Assembly (NCBI GenBank): GCA_043825875.1
Contig: JBDRRF010000082.1
Location: 1-13,859 of the forward strand
Length of the DNA stretch: 13,859 nucleotides
Direction of reading: 5' to 3'
Origin: Pseudomonadota bacterium
GTDB taxonomy: Bacteria; Desulfobacterota; Desulfobacteria; Desulfobacterales; RPRI01
The notes under the pieces are model-generated. The model saw only the letters and a list, made by a program, of their open reading frames with translations. It was not told the DNA's origin and did not search any database. A program made the position numbers and the translations under genes. Below are positions 7,493 to 13,859 of this stretch, in pieces; position 1 is the stretch's first letter, and each line of letters begins with the position of its first letter.

Positions 7493-8296
7493 ATGAATAA
7501 AATACTTACATGGATAGATACAGAAATTGTTGAGTTAAACGGCGACGCTACTATTAGCGAGGTTAATACCGAACTGGGAGAATATTGTCTTCCTGTTGAG
7601 CCGTTAAGCGATAAAAAAACAATCAGCAGCTTTATTAAAGAAGGTGGGATAGGTTACAATTCTTTGCATAATAAAACTCTTGGTTCTTCAATATTTGAGT
7701 TGTCCTCAACCTTTTCCGGGATAAATTTTACTTATGGCAGTAAATATAAAACACTGTATAATGCCGGGTATCCATTGCACAGGATTATTGAAGGCCCATC
7801 ATTTTCAAAAGAACTGTCTGATAAATTTGATCGGATAGAAAAAGTAGTATTGCCTGTAAGGAAAAATAAAGATGTGGAAGTGCTTTTTCATAATGGAAAT
7901 CTTGATCAATTCCATCAACACCAAATCCCTGACAATGCATCCAATGTTTTTTTTATTAATGATTTTGGCGCTAAACTTATGGGTTTGGAAGGCGAGGGAA
8001 TTGTTACAACTTATCTTAATCCAGGCAAAGAGAGTCTGAAATCAAATATGAAAATCTGGGAAAACAGATTTCTGGAGGATCTGATTCCTGATGATCATGA
8101 TACCATAAAGTTTCTTACAATGAACAGCCGGGTTGCGCAAATATATAAGCTTTTTAATGAAAACTCACAGGGCCTTTTTTTTGCATTACATGTGCACAAG
8201 GGTATCCTGGTTTTGATGTCAGGAAATAGCACTCAACTTGATACTGTGGCTGAAAATATCAAACTGTTTCCTCTGACCTTTGAAATAGGGACATGA
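7493..8296 (+). CDS. Hypothetical protein, probably a degenerate GlcE-like FAD-binding subunit
   Basis: 267-aa ORF tightly coupled to both neighbours. TISSFIKEGGIGYNS..KTLGSSI resembles TIGG.IA.GG.G..S..G..G..I. YGSKYKTLYNAGYPLHRIIEG resembles GlcE GG.V.KNVAGYDL..L..GS. The PRGGG loop is missing. Confidence 0.65.
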   Translation: MNKILTWIDTEIVELNGDATISEVNTELGEYCLPVEPLSDKKTISSFIKEGGIGYNSLHNKTLGSSIFELSSTFSGINFTYGSKYKTLYNAGYPLHRIIEGPSFSKELSDKFDRIEKVVLPVRKNKDVEVLFHNGNLDQFHQHQIPDNASNVFFINDFGAKLMGLEGEGIVTTYLNPGKESLKSNMKIWENRFLEDLIPDDHDTIKFLTMNSRVAQIYKLFNENSQGLFFALHVHKGILVLMSGNSTQLDTVAENIKLFPLTFEIGT

Positions 8297-9858
8297 TAAT
8301 GAATATTTGGAGATTATTGGATACAGGAGTCCTGAGCGCAGCAGAAAACATGGCCTTAGATGACTTAATCTTAGAGGCGAGAAGTAAAAATTTAATTCCC
8401 AATACTCTTCGTTTTTTACAATTTAGCCCACCGGCAGTCCTTGTTGGCTACTATCAAAGTGTAGAGCAGGAAATCAGAACAAGTTATTGCAGAGAACAAA
8501 GCATTGATATTAACAGACGAATGACCGGGGGCGGAGCTATATTTTTTGATCGTTCCCAGCTTGGGTGGGGAATATATGCTTCCAAAAAGGAATTAGGAGC
8601 TGCAAATCCTGAGATATTATTTAAGAAGATATGTCAGGCTGTTATCCTTGGGTTAAAGAGGTTTGGTATTGATGCTAAATATCGTCCTAAAAACGATATA
8701 GAAGTAGCAGGTAAAAAGATTTCCGGGACAGGAGGAACTGAAGAAAAAAACGCATTTTTGTTTCAGGGAACCTTACTTATGGATTTTGACGTGGATACCA
8801 TGTTAAAATCCCTTAGAATCCCTACAGAAAAGTTAATGGATAAAGGGATAGAATCCGCCAGAGAACGCACTACATGCCTTAAGTGGGAACTGGGGTATTT
8901 GCCGAAGTTGAGCGAAGTAAAAAATGCGATAAAAGAAGGTTTTGAAGAAACATTAAAAATCAAATTTGCAGAAGAGGGCCTTACAGAATATGAACAAGGG
9001 CTGTTTAAAAATAAGATAGATAGATTTAAATCGAATGAGTGGATTTACCAAAGAAAAGGATCTGTTGAAAAACTTCCGATCTTAACCTCAAGTTACAGAA
9101 CAAAAGGTGGATCAATTCAGGTTTCTTTAACTATTAATGTTGAGACCAATATCATTCAGAGTGTTTTAATTACGGGTGATTTCTTTGCTCATCCGAAAAG
9201 CGCCTTATTTGATCTGGAAGCGACCTTAAAATTTACACGGGCGGAAAGAGAAAGAATACAGGAAGTAGTTTTTGATTTTTTTGAAAAGGAAAAAGGTTTA
9301 TTTCCGGATATATCTCCTTCGGATTTTGTTGATGCAATATATGAGGCGGTAAAAAAAGTTGAATGCTTAAAACATGGAATCTCTTCGCCTGAAGCTAACA
9401 GGATCTTTACTGTAAATGGTAGTTTTGATCAGATAATCAAAAAGAAACCATCTTACTTATTGCTTCCTTATTGCGCCAAGCTTGTAGATTGTGAACATAG
9501 ACACAAAAGGGAGTGTGTGGACTGCGGGGAATGCGGTGTTGGTGATGTTTATCGTCTGGCAAATGAAAAGGGATTACATCCTGTTACTATTACCAGTTTT
9601 GAGGACTTGATGGAAACCTTTGCCGATATGGAATCTAAAGGGATAAAGTCTTATATCGGAAGTTGTTGCAGACATTTTTATGTCAAACACCGAAATGATT
9701 TTGAGATGGCCGGGCTTTCCGGCATATTGATAGATATTGAGAATACTACCTGTTATGATCTGGGGAAAGAGAATGATGCCTATAATGGTGTCTTTAAAGG
9801 TCAGACCGAACTGGATGCAGGATTGATCGGTAAGATATTGAATAGTTATAGACCTTAA
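8293..9858 (+). CDS. lplA: Lipoate-protein ligase (catalytic plus C-terminal LplB-like domain) fused to a Cys-rich DUF116-like domain
   Basis: ENMALD, NTLRF, RRMTGGGAIFFD, PKNDI, KKISG and QGTLL. Accessory domain ITGDFF. C-terminal LLLPYCAKLVDC...CVDCGECGVG...GSCC...TCYD. Start is ATG 8293 (ATGA overlap) or 8299. Confidence 0.9.
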   Translation: MIMNIWRLLDTGVLSAAENMALDDLILEARSKNLIPNTLRFLQFSPPAVLVGYYQSVEQEIRTSYCREQSIDINRRMTGGGAIFFDRSQLGWGIYASKKELGAANPEILFKKICQAVILGLKRFGIDAKYRPKNDIEVAGKKISGTGGTEEKNAFLFQGTLLMDFDVDTMLKSLRIPTEKLMDKGIESARERTTCLKWELGYLPKLSEVKNAIKEGFEETLKIKFAEEGLTEYEQGLFKNKIDRFKSNEWIYQRKGSVEKLPILTSSYRTKGGSIQVSLTINVETNIIQSVLITGDFFAHPKSALFDLEATLKFTRAERERIQEVVFDFFEKEKGLFPDISPSDFVDAIYEAVKKVECLKHGISSPEANRIFTVNGSFDQIIKKKPSYLLLPYCAKLVDCEHRHKRECVDCGECGVGDVYRLANEKGLHPVTITSFEDLMETFADMESKGIKSYIGSCCRHFYVKHRNDFEMAGLSGILIDIENTTCYDLGKENDAYNGVFKGQTELDAGLIGKILNSYRP

Positions 9859-9890
9859 GATAAAGCTTAAGACCTATATGAAAGTAATTT

Positions 9891-10090
9891 GAATATCGAA
9901 TTTCGAACAAGGAATAATGAATATCGAAGAAAAAGAAAAATTTTGATATAGAAGATCGTTACCAAAGACAAATAGAGGAAGCATTAGTGGCGATATAAAA
10001 TGCCGCCCTACGGCAGATGATATAGGGCGACATTTTATACCCCGCCAACTATTTCATAATTCGATATTCTTTGTTCGATATTGGATATTC
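9891..10090. repeat. Inverted pair of 7-nt-periodic (GAATATC-like) repeats
   Basis: 9891-9928 GAATATC GAATTTC GAACAAG GAATAAT GAATATC GAA vs reverse complement of 10053-10090: 30/38 identical. Confidence 0.8.
9987..10047. repeat. Degenerate GTAG-type REP doublet (REPIN-like)
   Basis: GTGGCGATATAAAATGCCGCCCTAC (9987-10011) and inverted TAGGGCGACATTTTATACCCCGCCA (10023-10047). Confidence 0.75.
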
Positions 10091-10145
10091 GTTTTTATAG
10101 ATAAACTTCATAAATTAACTTAGTGCCTTTGGTAAAGGGCATTGC

Positions 10146-10226
10146 GGCGGGGTGTAACAACCCCCTTTGTCCCCCTTGTAAAGGGGGAATACAGTCCGCC
10201 GTAGGGTGGCATTTTATATGCCGCCA
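10146..10226. repeat. REP doublet whose left unit is interrupted by a second palindrome type
   Basis: Half unit GGCGGGGTGTAA (10146-10157), then CCCCCTTTGTCCCCCTTGTAAAGGGGGA (10161-10188, hairpin TCCCCCTT/AAGGGGGA), then full unit GTAGGGTGGCATTTTATATGCCGCCA (10201-10226). Confidence 0.7.
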
Positions 10227-10285
10227 ATGATGCTTAATTAATCAATGTGAATTATATGAAAGCAAATTTTATTAACCTTATATCA

Positions 10286-10348
10286 GTGGCGGGGTATAAA
10301 ACCCCGCCCTACGGAAGATGGTAGTAGGGCGGGGTTTTACACCCCGCC
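10286..10348. repeat. Intact GTAG-type REP doublet (REPIN-like) overlapping the start of the downstream CDS
   Basis: GGCGGGGTATAAAACCCCGCCCTAC (10288-10312) and GTAGGGCGGGGTTTTACACCCCGCC (10324-10348) are inverted copies (24/25) around an 11-nt spacer. Each unit is GTAG plus a GC-rich palindrome. Confidence 0.88.
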
Positions 10349-11409
10349 GAAATCGCTATGATTTAGTAATAGTAGGAGCAGGACCTGCGGGCACTACGGC
10401 AGCCAGAGTTGCATCCGAGAAGGGAATTCGTACCTTAATAATAGAGAAGAAGGCTTGCATAGGCTCGCCGGTTCAATGCGCTGAACACATTCCCAAGCTA
10501 TTGATGCAACAGGTTAATTTTCATAGCCGTTGTATCACTCAGGAAGTCGGCATGATGATAACGTACATGCCGGATGGGGATATAGTAGAGACAAAGGCGC
10601 CTGGGTATATAATTGACAGGTCGCTGTTTGATAAAGGATTGGCCCTGGATGCAATCAGCAAAGGTGCCGATCTAATGATCAAAACGGCGGCCCATTCCAG
10701 CTATGAGAAAGGTATTATAGCAAAAACTGGAAGTAAAGAAGTAAGTATTGAGGCCAAAGTGATTATCGGGGCCGATGGCCCTAACTCCACAGTAGGCGGA
10801 TGGATAAATCGGAAAAACAGTGAATTTGTTTCTGCCGCACAATGCGAAGTACTTCTCAATCAACCGATAGAAGCAACATGCATCTATTTCTGCATGGAAT
10901 ATATGGGCGGATATGGCTGGTTGTTTCCTAAAGGCAGAACGGCAAATGTCGGTGTTGGAATAAATAATAAGATCGGACGCCAAAAACTATCAACATGTTT
11001 AAAACATTTATTGGATAGATTACAAAAGGAAGGAAAGATCAGGGACAATAGTGCAGTTGCTTATACCGCAGGGCTGATTCCGGTCGGCGGGTATCTTGAT
11101 ACCAGCCCATATGAAAACATATTGATAATTGGAGATGCCGCAGGACAGACAGATCCCATAACAGGCGCAGGCATTCCCCAGGCCATTTCCTGCGGAAAGA
11201 TCGCCGGAGAGGTTGCCACCAAAGCCATTAAAGAAAATGATCTTATGATTCTTGGTGAATATGAAAAAAGATGGAAGGGTCTGTTTCAAAGATCACTTGA
11301 TAATGCTCAACAAAAAAGAAAGTTATTGGATAATCACTGGAAGGACGATCAATTAGATAAAATCTTAAGAAAAACATGGGTGGCCTTTGATGGGTATTGG
11401 AGAGAATAA
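10318..11409 (+). CDS. Geranylgeranyl reductase/FixC-family FAD-dependent oxidoreductase (LipT-like by context)
   Basis: YDLVIVGAGPAG Rossmann motif, IEKK...PVQCAE, IDRSLFD, IIGADG, GGYGWLFPKG..ANVGVG and IGDAAGQTDPITGAGI. Sits between the lipoate ligase and lipS1. Confidence 0.88.
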   Translation: MVVGRGFTPRRNRYDLVIVGAGPAGTTAARVASEKGIRTLIIEKKACIGSPVQCAEHIPKLLMQQVNFHSRCITQEVGMMITYMPDGDIVETKAPGYIIDRSLFDKGLALDAISKGADLMIKTAAHSSYEKGIIAKTGSKEVSIEAKVIIGADGPNSTVGGWINRKNSEFVSAAQCEVLLNQPIEATCIYFCMEYMGGYGWLFPKGRTANVGVGINNKIGRQKLSTCLKHLLDRLQKEGKIRDNSAVAYTAGLIPVGGYLDTSPYENILIIGDAAGQTDPITGAGIPQAISCGKIAGEVATKAIKENDLMILGEYEKRWKGLFQRSLDNAQQKRKLLDNHWKDDQLDKILRKTWVAFDGYWRE

Positions 11410-12346
11410 AGAGCTATCCGGGCTGCTGTCAGAAGCCAGAGAACTTTCCTGGGAAAAATGGGGGAAAAAAATAGATTTCTATCTTCCGGGGATGATCACC
11501 TTAAATAAAGAGAAGGGAAAATATCCTGCCATTTCAATTACCGGAGAAAGCTGCGAATTAAACTGCGGCCATTGTGGCGGTAAACTTTTAAAATCCATGA
11601 TTCCTGCTACCACCCCGGAAAAATTGATTGAAAGATGCATAAAGATAAATGAGTCCGGCACTCAGGGTTGTTTGATCAGCGGCGGTTGTCTCAAAAATGG
11701 GAGAATACCGTGGGAGCCTTTCATTGAGGCCATCTCTGAAGTCAAAAAGCTTACTACCTTAAACATATCTATCCATTCCGGTCTGATAGATCTTGAAACA
11801 GCTAAAAGATTCAAGGATGCAGGAGTAGATCAAGTATTAATTGATGTAATCGGAGACGATGAAACCTTTAAGACCGTTTGCCACACAAATGCGGGTATTG
11901 AATCAATAAGAAATTCATTGAAAGCCCTAAGGCAGGCGGGTATTCCTATCGCCCCTCATATTGTTGCAGGTTTAAACTATGGAGAGATTAAGGGCGAATG
12001 GGATGCATTAAAGATGATAGCCGAATTTGAACCCCCGATTTTAGTCATCGTAGTATTAATGCCTTTAACCGGAACACCGATGCAAAATGTATTACCGCCT
12101 GATCCTTCTGAGGTGGCAAGGCTCATAGCTATGGCAAGAATACAGATGCCGGATACTCTTATCAGTTTGGGTTGTGCCCGCCCGCGAGGAAAGGTAAGCG
12201 AAGAATTGGAAGTACTGGCTATAGATTCAGGAGTAAACCGGGTCGCTATCTGGTCTGATGCAGCGATAAAAAGAGCAAAGGAATACGGCTTAGAGATCGG
12301 GTTTCATAAGACTTGTTGTAGTGTTACAGGAGGGGCTTGTGTCTGA
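11390..12346 (+). CDS. lipS1: Radical SAM sulfur-insertion enzyme LipS1 (archaeal-type two-protein lipoate synthase subunit)
   Basis: CELNCGHC radical SAM motif after ISITG, LISGG and PHIVAGL. Carries the LipS1 signature motifs GC(M/A)R (LGCARP) and C-terminal CC (KTCCS). Start is ATG 11390 or TTG 11387, overlapping the upstream gene. Confidence 0.85.
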   Translation: MGIGENKELSGLLSEARELSWEKWGKKIDFYLPGMITLNKEKGKYPAISITGESCELNCGHCGGKLLKSMIPATTPEKLIERCIKINESGTQGCLISGGCLKNGRIPWEPFIEAISEVKKLTTLNISIHSGLIDLETAKRFKDAGVDQVLIDVIGDDETFKTVCHTNAGIESIRNSLKALRQAGIPIAPHIVAGLNYGEIKGEWDALKMIAEFEPPILVIVVLMPLTGTPMQNVLPPDPSEVARLIAMARIQMPDTLISLGCARPRGKVSEELEVLAIDSGVNRVAIWSDAAIKRAKEYGLEIGFHKTCCSVTGGACV

Positions 12347-12686
12347 CTGTACTGGTTGTATGGATTGCGAAAAGGTATGCCCCCTCACTTCTTTCGGTTT
12401 TGGAATCGGCAATATAATCAGAAAGCATCTTGCCGGAAAAGAAGAAGATCTAATTGATACAAAAGAGATATGGCATTGCACTATGTGCTTTGCCTGCGAT
12501 GATGCCTGCCCCACAGACTTTAAGCCCAGAGAGCTTATGATTAGTCTTCGGAGAAGATCCGAAAATTACCCGAAAGCTTATAAAAGATTGGTAGCCGGGA
12601 TAAAAAATTCCGGTAATGCTTTTTCCATGAAAGAAAAAGAAAACAATGATTATTTGCAATTGTTCAAGATATGTCCGCCTGAATGA
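12339..12686 (+). CDS. hdrC: Heterodisulfide reductase subunit C-like 2x[4Fe-4S] protein
   Basis: CTGCMDCEKVCP and IWHCTMCFACDDACP. Start revised to in-frame GTG 12339, which has AGGAGG at 12328-12333 (the ORF track gives 12321). Adjacent to hdrB. Confidence 0.82.
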   Translation: MSDCTGCMDCEKVCPLTSFGFGIGNIIRKHLAGKEEDLIDTKEIWHCTMCFACDDACPTDFKPRELMISLRRRSENYPKAYKRLVAGIKNSGNAFSMKEKENNDYLQLFKICPPE

Positions 12687-12724
12687 GAAGACTGTTACAA
12701 AGGTTTATAAATTAGGTTGCGTAT

Positions 12725-12801
12725 TGTCATTTCGAACAAAGTGAGAAATCTTAATTGATATCGAAGCCGGTAAAAGATATCTCCCTTCGGTCGATATGAC
12801 A
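12725..12801. repeat. TGTCATTTCGA-type composite palindromic repeat between hdrC and hdrB
   Basis: Outer stem TGTCATTTCGA (12725-12735) / TCGATATGACA (12791-12801). Inner stem GAGAAATCTT (12743-12752) / AAGATATCTC (12774-12783). Confidence 0.75.
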
Positions 12802-12832
12802 CCGGAATTATGAAATGGGGCACTATAGATAA

Positions 12833-13654
12833 ATGAAATACGCTTTTTTTCGGGGTTGTATAATACCTTACAGGCTTTCATATTATGAAATTTCCGCCAG
12901 AAAAGTTTTGACAAAATTAGGGATTGAACTGGTTGATCTTGATTTTGGTTGCTGCGGTTCACAAATGCTTGAATCAAGAAACGAGGATTTATGGCTTGCG
13001 GTAGCTGCAAGAAACCTTGCGATAGCGGAAAGAGAAAATGTAGACATACTGACCCTGTGCGGAAGCTGTACCAATACTTTATCCAGAGCAAAGAATCTGA
13101 TGGAAAGTGATATGGACAAAGCTCAGCATGTGAAGCAGATCCTAAAAAAAATAGGGATTGAATTCAATAACAAGACAAGAGTCATACATATTTTAAAACT
13201 ACTGGCTGAAGAAATTGGAATTGGGAAAGTAAAAAAACATATTAAAAACAATCTGGATTTAAAGGTTGCCATGCAACACCCTTGTCAGATCTACCGGCCA
13301 GCTGAAATAATGAATTTTGGAAAAGATGCCGTTAACGATTTTGCCTCTTGCTTTATATCTGAAATCTTTGATGTGAATGCTTGCTGCGGGGAAACTTTGA
13401 TCGCTACAAACCAGGATGCATGCATTAATATCTTGAAACAAAATTTAGAAACCTGTTTTGCCAAAGATGTAAGTATGATTTTAACAGCCTGCGGAAATTG
13501 CCAGATGACCTATGATGTAAATCAGATGGGATTAAAAGTAAAAGATCAAATTAGCAGTACTCTGCCTTCATTGACCATAACTCAAGCGTTAGGGATGGCC
13601 ATGGGTTTTGGATATGATGAACTTGGGTTGAGGCAAAATATTATTAAGATATAA
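12833..13654 (+). CDS. hdrB: Heterodisulfide reductase subunit B-like CCG protein
   Basis: MKYAFFRGC, FGCCG, AARNLAIAE, TLCGSC, QHPCQIYRP, ACCG, TACGNCQMTYD and TQALGMAMG. All 10 CCG cysteines are present. Confidence 0.9.
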   Translation: MKYAFFRGCIIPYRLSYYEISARKVLTKLGIELVDLDFGCCGSQMLESRNEDLWLAVAARNLAIAERENVDILTLCGSCTNTLSRAKNLMESDMDKAQHVKQILKKIGIEFNNKTRVIHILKLLAEEIGIGKVKKHIKNNLDLKVAMQHPCQIYRPAEIMNFGKDAVNDFASCFISEIFDVNACCGETLIATNQDACINILKQNLETCFAKDVSMILTACGNCQMTYDVNQMGLKVKDQISSTLPSLTITQALGMAMGFGYDELGLRQNIIKI

Positions 13655-13680
13655 ACTTCAATAAAAAGATTTCAGATTTA

Positions 13681-13706
13681 TGGCGGGGTGTAAAACCCCG
13701 CCATAC
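13681..13706. repeat. Single REP unit downstream of hdrB (may act as terminator or stabiliser)
   Basis: TGGCGGGGTGTAAAACCCCGCCATAC belongs to the same family as 10286-10348. Stem TATGGCGGGGT/ACCCCGCCATA. Confidence 0.85.
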
Positions 13707-13718
13707 GCTAAATTATTA

Positions 13719-13859
13719 GAGCCAGTTTCAAAACGCCCCATTTTGGCCGATCTCTGCGTTGGGCTCAAATTTCAATCCTCGAAATACTCAATGTATTCCT
13801 GCGGTTGAAATTTTCTCCCGCCTTGAGCTTGACCAAACTGAAACGTTTTGAAAGTGGTA
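13719..13859. mobile_element. 142-nt rod-like palindromic element, copy 2 (runs to window edge)
   Basis: Colinear with 4250-4391 in the same orientation, 111/141 identical. The central 53 nt differ at one base. The termini have diverged but remain self-complementary. Confidence 0.8.

Noticed and set aside
9891..10348. Possible CRISPR array
   Set aside because: The repeats alternate in orientation, are degenerate and irregularly spaced, and no cas genes are present. They fit REP/REPIN-type repeats.
10318..11409. True geranylgeranyl reductase for lipid or pigment synthesis
   Set aside because: No isoprenoid genes are nearby, and the position between lipoate ligase and lipS1 favours a LipT-like role. 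The activity itself is untested.
11390..12346. Biotin synthase BioB or classical LipA annotation for the radical SAM gene
   Set aside because: There is no LipA N-terminal CX4CX5C motif. The GCAR and C-terminal CC motifs and the ligase/GcvH context fit LipS1.
12344..12686. Selenocysteine readthrough at the TGA stops of lipS1 or hdrC
   Set aside because: Both proteins appear complete at the TGA, no Cys motif is interrupted, and I saw no convincing SECIS-like hairpin.
600..13441. Other short alternative-frame and antisense ORFs in the track (e.g. 1033-1458, 3757-4299, 10672-10983, 12705-13091)
   Set aside because: All overlap well-supported + strand genes and show no recognisable motifs.

Overview
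A co-directional (+ strand) anaerobic redox gene cluster. The gene and repeat content suggest a Desulfobacterota/deltaproteobacterial-type organism, but this is inference. Gene order: 3' end of an aldehyde:ferredoxin oxidoreductase-like gene; a secreted/multi-TM membrane protein on an apparently inserted cassette (sigma54-like promoter, flanked by a 50-bp duplication of the next gene's RBS and start); FAD-linked oxidoreductase plus HdrD/GlcF-like CCG Fe-S protein (pair 1); a GcvH-like lipoyl carrier with a non-canonical QSAKW site; a second FAD oxidoreductase plus CCG protein and a degenerate GlcE-like subunit; a lipoate-protein ligase fused to a Cys-rich DUF116-like domain; a geranylgeranyl-reductase-family (LipT-like) flavoprotein; radical SAM LipS1; HdrC and HdrB. 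No GcvP/GcvT, E1/E2/E3, HdrA or LipS2 is in the window. The main hypothesis is that a lipoylated H-protein serves as a dithiol/disulfide redox carrier for Hdr-like enzymes and has its own lipoylation machinery. Intergenic spaces carry several unrelated palindromic repeat families: GTAG-type REP doublets (one contains a gene's only start codon), heptamer-periodic inverted repeats, and two copies of a 142-nt rod-like hairpin element with compensatory base changes that bracket the gcvH-hdrB block.
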